Shown here: one piece after another, positions 1-11,066 of the stretch
How the letters are laid out: every line of letters starts with the position of its first letter
Position numbering within the stretch: position 1 is the first letter of the stretch
Position numbers and translations under genes: made by a program
Source of the DNA: Azolla caroliniana
Taxonomy: Eukaryota; Plantae; Polypodiophyta
Assembly: GCA_043228905.1 (NCBI GenBank)
Contig: JBHGNT010000007.1
Coordinates: 9,796,001 to 9,860,000, forward strand
Length of the DNA stretch: 64,000 bases
Reading direction: 5' to 3'
Notes under the pieces: model-generated
Told to the model about the DNA's origin: nothing
Databases searched by the model: none
Seen by the model: the letters and a program-made list of their open reading frames with translations, nothing else

Positions 1-923
1 TCCGTATCCGTCCATTGGAACGGTGTCCGGTGTACCGCGGTGTGTAATGGTGTAGCCAAGTCAGCCAAGTGATGGAGCATCCGGCTGTGCCACCGGATCT
101 GTCCTAAGAATCGGCTTAGTGCTTTGGCCGTTTTCGGTGCCGGTGCCCCTAGTATCGCGTTTACTTTGTCGGGGTCGACCGCAATGCCCTCCTTACTTAC
201 AATGTGTCCCAGCAATATTCCACTTGAAACTCCAAAGATGCATTTTGCTGGGTTTAAGCTTAGCCGGTATAACCTACACTTTTCAAGGCATAACCGTAGG
301 TGCTGCAAATGGTCTTTTCCCCGGCTATAGACTGCAAAATCATCCAGGAAAACCTGCATGAAGGAAGGAATGTATTCGCCGAAGATCTCCATGATGATTC
401 GCTGGAAAGTTGCTGGTGCCGTTTTTAGGCCAAACATCATTACTTCGGCCACAAACACCCCCCATTCGGTGACGAACGTTGTCTTCTCCTGGTCGTTGGG
501 GTGCATCCGGATTTGATTGTATCCGCTGAAGCCGTCTAAAAAGCTATAAACTTCATGGCCGGCGACGGCATCCAGTACTCCATCCGTGAACGGAAGAGGG
601 AATGCATCCGTAATTGTGGCGGCATTTAGTTTCCTGTAATCTACACACACGCGGATTTTACCGTTCTTCTTGGGTACGACGACGATGGGGCTCAGCCACG
701 TTGCTTTCTTTACCGGCCGGATGAAGCCCACTCTTAGGAGTTTGTCGATTTCCTCCTTCACTTTGGCGGCGTAGTTGGGGTTCATTCGGTAACGTCTTTG
801 CGCCACTGGTTTCGCGTCCTTGCCTAAGTGGATCTGATGCTGATATAGTTGAGGGTCCAGCCCTCGCATGTCTTCGTATGACCAGGCGAATACGTCGCGA
901 AACTCCGTGAGAAGTTTGATCAT
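1..923 (-). CDS. pol: Reverse transcriptase (partial, open to the window edge)
   Basis: Manual translation: MIKLLTEFRDVFAWSYEDMRGLDP...SPIVVVPKKNGKIRVCVDYRKLN...FLDGFSGYNQI...MMFGLKTAPATFQR...VFLDDF. Confidence 0.9.
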   Translation of the reverse strand, partial: MIKLLTEFRDVFAWSYEDMRGLDPQLYQHQIHLGKDAKPVAQRRYRMNPNYAAKVKEEIDKLLRVGFIRPVKKATWLSPIVVVPKKNGKIRVCVDYRKLNAATITDAFPLPFTDGVLDAVAGHEVYSFLDGFSGYNQIRMHPNDQEKTTFVTEWGVFVAEVMMFGLKTAPATFQRIIMEIFGEYIPSFMQVFLDDFAVYSRGKDHLQHLRLCLEKCRLYRLSLNPAKCIFGVSSGILLGHIVSKEGIAVDPDKVNAILGAPAPKTAKALSRFLGQIRWHSRMLHHLADLATPLHTAVHRTPFQWTDT

Positions 924-3880
924 CGCCGCTTTATCTTCCGGCTTTCATTTCTTTGGCGATGTGTACCGGCTTTGATTCGTCCTTGCTTCCTAGGTTCACT
1001 TCGTCGAGCTGGGATGCTTTTACCCGTTGGGAAACGGCCAATTTCCCGTTCCAACGCTTCCTGTGCTTGCCGTAATTCCCGAATCGCATCTTTGTCCGGT
1101 TCGGCTTCGGTTTCGTCCCGCTGCGGCAAGTATGGCGCTACGGCTTCAACCACGTCTATCTCAAAGAGTGGTACGATCTTCGGGTGTTCCTCCAAGTACT
1201 GGGCTTCTTCGTCGTCTGCCAACCCTTCCAGCATGTTCACGCATTCCGCATATAGCGGTGTGCATTCCTTACCGTTGCTCGTCCGTGGTTGTGTCGGAAC
1301 CCGGACCTTGGCTTTTCCGCGCCGGAAGGTAATCATATTTTTCCGCCAATTTTGCTTGATGTGTGCTGTTTTCAACCATGGTCTGCCCAGCAACAGTGGG
1401 TACGCGCCTTGCGTCTGTAGCTGCAGCACTACAGCCGAGATGTGAAATGTGTGACCTCCTATGGTGACTTCCAATTTCCGTATTAAGCCCGTCAGCCGTA
1501 CAGAGCTCGTATCCGCCATCCGTAGCCAGAACGGACATGGCTCCCATTCATGTATACCCAAGGCATTACACTTGTGGAGGCTTATTACGTTCACCCCGGA
1601 ACCTCCATCGATTACTGTGCCGGGAAGTTCGTGCCCTTTGACAATAGCTGTAATCACCGGACTACTAGTGTCCACCACCGTCGGTCCCTCCTCCGGATTC
1701 GAGAAAAGGACTGGTGCCGGTGGGGCTATACCGTCTGTCAGGCCCGTTTTTAGTCCTTCCGTAAATCGCGGCACGAGCTGCAAGAGTCGTCCTAATGGCA
1801 ACGTGATCTGACATTCTTGCAGTGCTTGCCATGTCTCGTTTTCGGGGTGGCTACCGCCGGCACTCCCTATGGTATTCGCCTTTTGCCGTTCCGCGTCCGC
1901 GACGTTCCTTTCATTGGCTTCCTTAACCCATTCCGTCGCCTGTTTTCGTATGGCCTCTTGTGTTTCCCATTCTTTGGCCATGCCTTTCGACCGTGTGGTT
2001 ACTTGCTGTATATCCGCCACTTCCGGAACCACCATATTAACTGCTGGTCGTTTCTCGTAGCTCTTTACCGGGCACTGGTTACTGTAGTGGCCTTCCTGCC
2101 TACAGTAGTAGCAGTACTCTTTACGGGTATTGCTGGATTCAGCATTGCTGGTAGCCGGAGTCGTTCCCGTAGTGAGTGGTGCGTTCTGTGCTGGTTGGCT
2201 CCTTGGGGTTCCATGTTCCGGTTCCCTAGGGTGACCTCCTTTCTTGAAATTACGTTTCTTATTATTCTTATTTTTATTTCGGTAGTCCTGTCGTGGTGGA
2301 TCGTAAAATCGGCCGTAGTCCTCCTGGTGCCTTCGGTAACCAGGGGAATGGTCTCTGTCGTATTGCTCGTGTCGCCTGTTGGGCTCCCGATAACGGTCTG
2401 ATCGCTCATACCGGTCGTAGTTATCCTGCCGATTCCCGTACCGGCCATCACTCTCTTGTCTGTCTCCGTACCGGACATCCTGTGCCGGTCGGTACCGGTT
2501 CATTTTTTGCCAACGATCTTCATCTTCGTCTCGGCTGCTTCTTGGCTCGATCCGTCGGACGGGTGGTGCTTGTCGGTTTAACAGGTTATACTCGCACCGG
2601 TCCGTTGTATGACTCTTGGATTGACAAATCACACACTGGATTCGCATGGTGCACTCCACTGCCGAGTGTCCGGCATTCAAGCAGATTGTGCATTGAATTG
2701 CCTGCCGGAACCGGAGATCTTCATCTGTGGGTAATGCCCGTTGCAGTGCTCCCAGTGTAAGCCATGAGCTTGACTTTTCCATTTCTCTGACCCGGTCAAT
2801 GACCTGGTCGATGGTGCATCCTCGAAAGTCGATCACCGTACACACCGTGCGTAACGGTTCCCGGAGTGCGTTTAAAAATATCGTCCGTAGTTCCTCCTCC
2901 GGGGGTGCACGGGCAAGCTGGCTATGCATTCGTTGGAAACGGATGACGAATTGGGGAATGCTTTCCCCTGCCTCCTGTCGGATCGTATAAAATAGGCCCA
3001 CCATTGTCGTCTGGTCGACCTCCTTGTGGAAAAAATGCAAGAATTTTGCTTTTAATTTTGCAAAGGTTGTGATGGTCGCCGGGTCCTGCGTCCACCGCCA
3101 TCGTGTCGCTGGTCCCTCCAACGTGACTCCGAATTCCGCTATCTTCGAGCGTTCTTCTTCCTCCGGTGTCATTCGCTGGGACGTGTGATTTGCTTCCCAT
3201 GTCTGCTCGAAGTCATGAACATGCGCTTCCGCGTCCGGATCATCGCGATATTTTGAGTATTGGAACGGCATGTCGTCGTCCAGTATTAGGCTGCGGTTTA
3301 GTGGCGTTTGTTGATATCTTTCCGGTTTTCTCTCCGGTTCCGCTTCCGGTGCTTTTTCCGGTTCCTTCACCGGCTCTTCTTCCGGTACCTTTGCCGGCTC
3401 TTTCGTTGGTGTCGGTGGCTTTGCTTCTGCCACTTCCGGTGTTGGTGGGTTGACGGCTTCCGTTTGCGGTTCCGGATAGCCCTGGTCGAGCGGTTCCGGT
3501 TCTGGAGTCGGCACGGTATCCGACCCGTCGTCCTCCGGACCGCCGGGAGTATCGTTGCTGCTCCTGTAATTCGTGTGCACGCTGTATCCCCCTTCGGAAT
3601 CCGATTCGTAGGCTGAAAAGGCTTCTGCCTCGTTTTCTCCGCCTGCCAGCGCCTCGAGGAGGCGTTCGGTTTCCCGGAGACTACTTAGACTGCTTCCGTC
3701 GTCCTGGTCGCGAGTTTGCCGTAACCGAAGAGATTCCTCCGCGACTCTCCGGATCTCGTTGGAGAACGAACGATCCGAGCGAATTTCCTGCGCTGCTTGC
3801 TGGAAAGTCTCACGCCGTCTTTGCCGTTCGGCGAGGCGTCGAGCTCGGTCTGTAACCAAGTCGTGCATTGGTCTAGTCAT
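920..3880 (-). CDS. gag: Gag-aspartic protease polyprotein (986 aa)
   Basis: Retrotransposon gag core (YTIRQEAGESIPQFVIRF), zinc knuckles CTICLNAGHSAVEC and CYYCRQEGHYSNQC, protease VIDGGSGVNV...LLLGRPWL. The last ~40 aa are out of frame. Confidence 0.9.
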   Translation of the reverse strand: MTRPMHDLVTDRARRLAERQRRRETFQQAAQEIRSDRSFSNEIRRVAEESLRLRQTRDQDDGSSLSSLRETERLLEALAGGENEAEAFSAYESDSEGGYSVHTNYRSSNDTPGGPEDDGSDTVPTPEPEPLDQGYPEPQTEAVNPPTPEVAEAKPPTPTKEPAKVPEEEPVKEPEKAPEAEPERKPERYQQTPLNRSLILDDDMPFQYSKYRDDPDAEAHVHDFEQTWEANHTSQRMTPEEEERSKIAEFGVTLEGPATRWRWTQDPATITTFAKLKAKFLHFFHKEVDQTTMVGLFYTIRQEAGESIPQFVIRFQRMHSQLARAPPEEELRTIFLNALREPLRTVCTVIDFRGCTIDQVIDRVREMEKSSSWLTLGALQRALPTDEDLRFRQAIQCTICLNAGHSAVECTMRIQCVICQSKSHTTDRCEYNLLNRQAPPVRRIEPRSSRDEDEDRWQKMNRYRPAQDVRYGDRQESDGRYGNRQDNYDRYERSDRYREPNRRHEQYDRDHSPGYRRHQEDYGRFYDPPRQDYRNKNKNNKKRNFKKGGHPREPEHGTPRSQPAQNAPLTTGTTPATSNAESSNTRKEYCYYCRQEGHYSNQCPVKSYEKRPAVNMVVPEVADIQQVTTRSKGMAKEWETQEAIRKQATEWVKEANERNVADAERQKANTIGSAGGSHPENETWQALQECQITLPLGRLLQLVPRFTEGLKTGLTDGIAPPAPVLFSNPEEGPTVVDTSSPVITAIVKGHELPGTVIDGGSGVNVISLHKCNALGIHEWEPCPFWLRMADTSSVRLTGLIRKLEVTIGGHTFHISAVVLQLQTQGAYPLLLGRPWLKTAHIKQNWRKNMITFRRGKAKVRVPTQPRTSNGKECTPLYAECVNMLEGLADDEEAQYLEEHPKIVPLFEIDVVEAVAPYLPQRDETEAEPDKDAIRELRQAQEALEREIGRFPTGKSIPARRSEPRKQGRIKAGTHRQRNESRKIKRR

Positions 3881-3915
3881 CCATTACCGTCGTTCGCTGC
3901 GAGAAAGCAGGAGTC

Positions 3916-3925
3916 GTGGTCGCCA
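3916..3925 (-). promoter_or_regulatory. Primer binding site, probably tRNA-Arg
   Basis: TGGCGACCAC next to the LTR matches the 3' end GTGGTCG-CCA of plant tRNA-Arg(TCG), as recalled from memory. Confidence 0.55.
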
Positions 3926-3931
3926 AAACTG

Positions 3932-4351
3932 TGTTATTCGCTTAGCCGGACAAGGCCTAACACAAGGTGTCACGGAGACACTTCACCAAAGGGTGATTAC
4001 GGCATAGGATTAAGATTCAACGATTACACCAACTTACGTAGGTTACACGATTAGAATGCTTTGGTTAATTGCACGCGTAAGATCTAACAGTAATTACAGA
4101 ACGGAAATCAAGACAGAAGTATAAACATCATAAGCTCTATTAATTATCTGCTGTGATTACAATGGGGTCCGGGCCTTTAAATAGGTTCCCGGCCCGTAGT
4201 ACAAAACGGTGCCTCTCGCACCTATTCGGGATCCGTCCGGATCTGGAACGGCATACCGTTTCCAGTCCGTCCGTCCACACTATGCTCATTTACAACTATA
4301 TTTAATTAATTCCTTCACTCCGTATTTTGGACTCCTTGCCGGCCGGTAACA
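3932..4351 (-). repeat. 5' LTR (420 bp) of the first Gypsy
   Basis: TGTTA/TAACA inverted termini; PBS lies just inside. Confidence 0.8.
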
Positions 4352-4846
4352 TACAATGGTTCCCTCCAATTCGAAATATGCATTCGTATCGATTTTGAAA
4401 GGATAATACGTGTTGAAAAACCTAACGAATCTCATAGAACTTGCGCATTCAAAATTCTCTCTTCCAATAAATATCTAATTCAATCTTGCCTGTTAGAATT
4501 ATTCACTCTATTCCTAATCATTCAGGAATCTTATAATTTGATAAATAAAATCGCCTTCTATAACAGAAAGCTTAACATATTAGGCAATTGAACTCAATTT
4601 CATATGTATTGAAAGTACGAGGTATACTGTTTAATTAAAGTAAAGACATTTCTTGAGAATGCATTCGAGGGGAGAAAATCACATTTCACTTAAAAGGAAA
4701 CATACTTGATGCTCTCCATTAGTAATTGAAGAACCACGAAGGCAACACTAGGATATCATGTGTCATCTTGCGTTTCCGCAATTTATGGTTAATTGAGATT
4801 TTATTTCATTTTAGAGAAACATCCTTCCACTTTATCAATTCTAGAC

Positions 4847-4919
4847 TCCATTGTAGTTTAGTTGGTTAGGATACTCAAGGTTCGCCCAAGCGACCCGAGT
4901 TCATGTCCCAGCAATGGAA
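4847..4919 (+). pseudogene. tRNA-Glu pseudogene
   Basis: Matches the array consensus TCCATTGTAGTCTAGTTGGTTAGGATACTCGGCTTTCACCCGAGCGACCCGGGTTCAAGTCCCGGCAATGGAA; anticodon arm disrupted. Confidence 0.8.
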
Positions 4920-5531
4920 ATATCAAGTGTAGTTCAGGTTGCAATTTCTGCGGAAAAAGTCTCATAATTCACAAATATAAGACATCAAACCTTGTGGTGA
5001 CATAATATACATGTAGTTGGTTCCAATGGTTGCCAACAATTCCCAATATCCATGCGTATCGAATTTAAATTATAATACGTGTTGAAAAGCCTAAACCGTA
5101 TCATGGGACTTGGGTATTCGAAATTAGGTTTTCCCATAAATCTCTGATTAAATCTTGTGTTTTATAGTGGGGTTAGAATTATTCACTCTATTCCCAATCA
5201 TAGAGGAATCTTTTCATTTGATAAAAAAGTCGTTTTCTGTCACATAAAGCTCAACATATTAGCGGATTGAACTCAATTTCACTCGTATCAAAAGTACGAG
5301 GTATATTTTTTAATTAAAGTAACGACATTTCTTGATACTTTATTCAAGGCGATAAAATCATATTTCACTTAAAAGGAAACATACTTGATACTCTTCTTTA
5401 GTAAACAAAGAACCACGAAGGCAATAGTAGGATATCATGTGTCATCTTGCGTTTCCACAATTTATGGTGAATTGAGATTTTCTTTTATTTAGAGAAACAT
5501 CCTTCCACTTTATCAAGTTTCAACTCCATAC

Positions 5532-5604
5532 TCCATTGTAGTCTAGTTGGTTAGGATACTCAGCTTTTGCTCGAGCGACCCGGGTTGATGTCCGGGCAAT
5601 GGAA
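5532..5604 (+). pseudogene. tRNA-Glu pseudogene
   Basis: Anticodon loop and T loop mutated. Confidence 0.8.
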
Positions 5605-6197
5605 ACATCAAGTGTAGTTCAGGTTGGAATTTATACGAAAAAAGTCTCAGAATTGACAAATATAAGACATAAAACCTTGTGGTAACATAATATGCATGTA
5701 CTCGGTTCCAATGGTGGCCACCAGTTCCCAATATCCATGCGTATCGAATTTGAAAGTATAATACGTGTTAAAAAACGTAAACCGTATCATATGAGTTGGG
5801 CATTTACCATAAATATCTGATTAAATCTTCGATGTTATAGTGGCTTAGAAATATTCAGTCTATTCCCAGTCATTGAGGAATCTTTTAATTTGATAACAAA
5901 GTCATTTTCTATAACATAAACCTTAACATATTAGCCAATTGAACTCAATTTCACTCGTATGAAAAGTACAAGGTATATTGTTTAATTAAAGTAACGACAT
6001 TTCTCGATAATTTAGTCAAGGATATAAAATCACATTTCACTTAAAAGGAAACATACTTGATGCTCTCCTTTAGTAAACGGAGAACCTCGAAGGCAACACT
6101 AGAATATCATGTGTCATCTTTCGTTTCCGCAATTTATGGTTAATTGAGATTTTATTTTATTTTAGAGAAACATCCTTCAACGTTGTTATCTCCATTC

Positions 6198-6270
6198 TCT
6201 GTTGTAGTCTAGTTGGTTAGGAGACTCGGCGTTCACCTGAGCGACTCACGTTCAAGTCCTGGCAATGGAA
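6198..6270 (+). pseudogene. tRNA-Glu pseudogene
   Basis: T stem disrupted. Confidence 0.8.
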
Positions 6271-6866
6271 ACATCAAGTCTAGTTTAGGTTGCGTCTTAT
6301 ACAAAGAAAGTCTCATAGTTGACAAAAACAAGACATGAAATCTTGTGGTGACATAATCTACATGTAGTGGTTTACAATGGTTACCTCTAATACGAAATAA
6401 CCATACGTATCGAATTTTAAAGGATAATACCTGTTGAGAAACCTAAAGCGTCTCATCTGACTTGCGCATTCAAAATTAGGTCTTACCATAAATATCTAAT
6501 GAAATCTTGTCTGTTACAATTCTTCACTCTATTCTCAATCATTGACGAATCTTTTCATTTGATAAAAATTTCTTCTTCTATAGCATTAAGCATAACATAT
6601 TAGCCCATTGAACTCAATTTCACTCGTACCAAAAGTACGAGGTATATTGTTTAATTAAAGTAACGACATTTCTCGATAATTTATTAAAGGGAATAAAATC
6701 ACATTTCAGTTAAAAGGAAACATACTTGATGCTCTGCTTTAGTAAACAAAGAACCACGAACGGAACACTAGGATATCATGTGTCATATTGCGTATCCGCA
6801 ATTTATGGTTAATGGAGATTTTATTTTATTTTAGAGAAACATCCTTCAAATTTGTCAACTCCATAC

Positions 6867-6939
6867 TTCATTATAGTCTAGTTGGTTAGGATACTTGGCT
6901 TTCACCCGAGCGACCCGGGTTCATGTCCCGGCAAGGGAA
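6867..6939 (+). tRNA. tRNA-Glu(TTC), degenerate
   Basis: About 5 differences from consensus; CT-TTC-AC loop intact. Confidence 0.6.
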
Positions 6940-7545
6940 ACATCAAGTCTTGTTCAGGTTGCATCTTATACGGAAAAAGTCTCATAATTGACAAATACAA
7001 GACATCAAACCTTGTGGTGATAGAATCTACATGTACTCGGTTACAATGGTGGCCACCAATTCCCAATATCCATACGTATCGAATTGCAAAGTATAATACA
7101 TGATCAAAAACGTAAACCGTATTATGTGACTTGGACATTCAAAGTTTGGTTTTACCATAAATATCTGATTAAATCTTCTATGTGATAGTTGATTAGAATT
7201 ATTCAATCTATTCAAAATCATTAAGGAATCTTTAAATGAGATAAAAAAGTTGGTTTCTATAACATAAAACTTAAGATATTAGCCGATTGAAATCTATTTC
7301 ACTCGTATAAAAAGTACGAGGTATATTGTTTAATTAAAGTAATGATATTTCTCATAAATTTATTCAAGAGGATAAAATCACATTTCACTTAAAAGGAAAC
7401 ACCCTTCATGCTCTCCTTTAGTAAATGAAGAACCAAGAAGGCAACACTAGGATATCATGTCTAATCTTGGGTTTGCGCAATTTATGGTTAATTAAGAGTT
7501 TATTTTATTTTAGAGAAAAAGCCTTCAACTTTGTTAGCTCCATAC

Positions 7546-7630
7546 TCCATTGTAGTCTAGTTGGTTAGGATACTCGGCTTTCACCTCGGCTTTCACCAGA
7601 GCGACCCGAGTTCAAGTCCCGGCAATGAAA
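7546..7630 (+). pseudogene. tRNA-Glu with a 12-nt duplication in the anticodon arm
   Basis: ctcggctttcac occurs twice in tandem. Confidence 0.8.
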
Positions 7631-8348
7631 ACATCAAGTGTAGTTCATGTTGCATCTTATATTGAAAAAGTGTCATCATGGACAAATACAAAACAAAAAA
7701 CCTTGTGGTGACATAATCTAGAGGTAGTGGGTTACAATGGTTGCCTTCAATTCAAAATATCCAAGTGTATCGAATTTGAAAGGATAATACGTGTTGAAAA
7801 ACCTAAAGCATCTCATATGACTTGCCCATTCAAAATTAAGTCTTACAATAAACATGTAATTAAATTTTGCACTGTTAGAATTATTCACTCTATTCCTTAT
7901 CATTGAGGAATCTTACGTTTCTGCAATTTATCGTTAATTGAGATTTTATTTTATTTTAGAGAAATATCCTTCAATTTTATTTTAGAGAAACCGCATGTCT
8001 AGTTCAAGTTGTATCTTGGACGAAAAAGTCTCATAATTAACAAATACAAGACATAAGACCTTGTGGTGACATAATCTACAAGTAGTGGGTTAAAATGGTT
8101 GCCTCCAATTCGAAATATCCATACATATCGAATTTGAAAGGATAATACGTGTGGAAAAACCTAAAGCATCTCATGTGACTTGCACATTCAAAATTAAGTC
8201 TTAGCATAGATATCTAATTAAATCTTGCCTCTTAGAATTATTCACTATTTTCCTAATCATTGAGGAATCTTGCGTTTCTGCAATTTATGGTTAATTGAAA
8301 TTTTATTTTATTCTAGAAAAAGATCCTTCAACTCTATCAACTCCGTAC

Positions 8349-8421
8349 TCCATTGTAGTCTAGTTTGTTATGATACTCGGCTTTCACACGAGCGAGCTAG
8401 GTTCAAGTCTAGGCAATGCAA
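8349..8421 (+). pseudogene. tRNA-Glu pseudogene
   Basis: D-loop and stem mutations. Confidence 0.8.
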
Positions 8422-8813
8422 AAAACAAGTCTAGTTCAGGTTGGATACATCTTAAACGGAAAAAGTTTCATAATTAACAAATACAAAACATAAAACCTTG
8501 TGGTGACATAATCTACATGTAGTGGGTTACAACGGTTGTCTCCAATTCAAAATATCCATACGTATCATATTTGAAAGGATAAAACGTGTTGAAAAACCTA
8601 AAGCGTCTTATATGACTTGCGAAACCTAAAGCGTCTCATCTAACTTGCACATTCAAAATTATGTCTTAGCATAAATATCTAATTAAATCTTGGTTATTAG
8701 AATTATTCACTCTATTTGTAATCATTGTGGAATCTTGTGTTTCTGCAATTTATGGTTAACTGAGATTTTATTTTATTTTATAGAAAGGTCCTTCAACTCT
8801 ATCAACTCCGTAA

Positions 8814-8886
8814 TCCATTGTAGTCTAGTTGGTTAGGATACTTGGCTTTCACCCGAGCGACCCGGGTTCAAGTCTCGGCACTGGAA
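8814..8886 (+). tRNA. tRNA-Glu(TTC), near intact
   Basis: 3 differences from consensus: two give G-U pairs, one is an acceptor-stem mismatch. Confidence 0.7.
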
Positions 8887-9571
8887 ACAACAAGTCTAGT
8901 TGAGGTTCCATCTTGTAAAAAAAAGGTTTCATAATTAACAAATACAAGACATATTATCTTGTAGTGACATAATCTATATATAGTGGGTTGCCTCCAATTC
9001 AAAATATCCATACGTATCGATTTGGAAAGGATAATACGTGTTGAAAAACCTAAAGCGTCTCATGTGACTTGCGCATTCAAAATTAAGTCTTAGCATAAAT
9101 ACCTAATTAAATCTTGCCTGTTAGAATTATTCACTCTATTCCTAGTCATTGAGGAATCTTGCGTTCAAAGTCTGGTTTTACCATAAATATCTGATTAAAT
9201 CTTCTATGTTATAGTTGTTTAGAATTATGCAGTCTATTCGGAATCATTGAGGAATCTTTAAATGTGATAAAAAAGTCTTCTTCTATAACATAAAACTTAA
9301 GATATTAGCCGATTGAACTCTATTTCACTCGTATAAAAAGTACGAGGTATATTGTTTAATTAAAGTAATGATATTTCTCGATAATTCATTCAAGAGGATA
9401 AAATCACATTTCATTTAAAAGGAAACACGGTTCATGCTCTCCTTTAGTAAACGAAGAACCAAGATGGCAACACTAGGATATCATGTCTAATCTTGGGTTT
9501 GCGCAATTTATGGTTAATTGAGAGTTTATTTTATTTTAGAGAAAAAGCCTTCAACTTTGTTAGTTCCATGC

Positions 9572-9644
9572 TCCATTGTAGTCTAGTTGGTTAGGATACT
9601 CGACTTTCACCAGAGCGACCCGAGTTCAAGTCCCGGCAATGAAA
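9572..9644 (+). tRNA. tRNA-Glu(TTC), degenerate
   Basis: 4 differences, all in stems. Confidence 0.55.
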
Positions 9645-9841
9645 ACATCAAGTCTAGTTCATGTTGCATCTTATATTGAAAAAGTGTCATAATGGACAAA
9701 TACAAGACAAATTACCTTGTGGTGACATAATCTAGAGGTAGTGGGTTACAATGGTTGCCTCCAAATCAAAATATCCATGCGTATCGAATTTGAATGTATA
9801 ATACGTGTTGAAAAACCTAAAGCGTATCATGTGACTTGCGT

Positions 9842-10391
9842 TGTCTTGTGATTCTTCACACACTATGTAGAAAAACAATGAAATAAGTATTTTAGATTAG
9901 ATTAGTGGCTTCATATGGAAAGATAGATATCTTTAAGTACTTTATAACGCATTTTACTACACATGAAACGGATAAATGAGTATTAAGTTTTGTTAATACG
10001 AGGTTTCAGAAGATAGGCAAAATAGAATTGTGAAATATCCCACATGCATAGGAAACTTTAGGATCCATCTAGATAAGCAAAATTGACAACTATTAGTTTT
10101 CACCTTTATGTGTTGAGAGCACAAAAGGAATGGTTGGACTTGGACCAATTTTTCTACATGGATAAATGTGGCTAAGGAATCCGCAACAAAACCGGGAATC
10201 GGAAACCGGAAACCGGATGGAGCCGGTAACTGGAAATCGGCAACCAGCAACAAAGCCGGGAACTGGAAACTGGAATCCGAACGAAACCGGTGACGAAGTT
10301 GGGAACTAGAACCCGATGATGATAAAACTGGCAACCTATGGCGAATCGGACAAAACCGGCAACCGGCAATCAGCAACCAGACATAACCGAC
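9842..10391 (+). mobile_element. Truncated Gypsy LTR (5' part, related to the Gypsy B LTR)
   Basis: Starts tgtcttgtgattcttcacacactatgt (compare tgtcgtgtgaatcttcacacactatgt at 27588) and contains AACCGG-rich repeats. Confidence 0.8.
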
Positions 10392-10457
10392 GATTAGGAT
10401 ACTCGGCGATTTTATTTTATTTTAGAAAAACATCCTTCAACTTTGTCAACTCCATAC

Positions 10458-10530
10458 TCAATTGTAGTCTGGTTGATTAGGATACTCGGCTTTCACCTGA
10501 GCGACCCAAGTTCAAGTCCTGACTATGGAA
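10458..10530 (+). pseudogene. tRNA-Glu pseudogene
   Basis: Multiple stem mismatches. Confidence 0.8.
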
Positions 10531-10993
10531 ACATTAAGTCTGGTTGAGGTTGCATCTTATACGAAAGAAGTCTCACATTTCACAAATACAAGACCTAAAA
10601 CCTTGTGGTGACATAATCTACATGTAGTGGGTTACAATGGTGGCCGACAATTCCAAATATTTATGCGCATCAAATTTGAAAGTATAATATGTGTTGAAAA
10701 ACCTAAAGCGTAGCATGTCAAAAGTACGAGGTATATTGTTTAATTAAAGTAACGACATTTCTTGACAATTCATTCAAGGGGATAAAATCACATTTCACTT
10801 AAAAGGAAACATACTTGATGCTCTCCTTTAGTAAAGGAAGAACCACGAAGGCAACACTAGGATATCATGTGTCATCTTGTGTTTCAACATTTTATGGTTA
10901 ATTGAGATTTTATTTTATTTTAGAGAAACATCCTTCAACTTTGTCAACTCCATACTCCATTGTATGAGATTCAACTTGAACTAGACTTGATGT

Positions 10994-11066
10994 TTCCATT
11001 GGTGGAACTTAAAACTAGGTTGCTCGATTGAAAGCTCAGTGTCCTAAACAAGTAGACTATAATGTA
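10994..11066 (-). pseudogene. tRNA-Glu pseudogene (highly decayed)
   Basis: Reverse complement of consensus with many substitutions. Confidence 0.7.

Larger units (their letters stand above)
1..4351 (-). mobile_element. Ty3/Gypsy LTR retrotransposon (non-chromovirus, Athila/Tat/Selgy-like), 5' half; runs off the left edge
   Basis: 5' LTR TGTTA...TAACA at 3932-4351, PBS, gag with CCHC knuckles, protease, then RT. Its right edge abuts a tRNA-array unit (tacaatgg...). Confidence 0.9.
4352..10964 (+). repeat. tRNA-Glu tandem array, plus-strand arm (~670 bp units plus ~465 bp deletion variants)
   Basis: Recurring spacer blocks (ccttgtggtgacataatctacatgtag; ctcgta...tacgag; atttcacttaaaaggaaacatac) with one tRNA per unit, except one unit near 7990 that lacks it. 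Confidence 0.95.

Noticed and set aside
7560-7605. Possible tRNA intron in the copy at 7546
   Set aside because: It is an exact 12-nt tandem duplication, absent from the sister copy at 9572.
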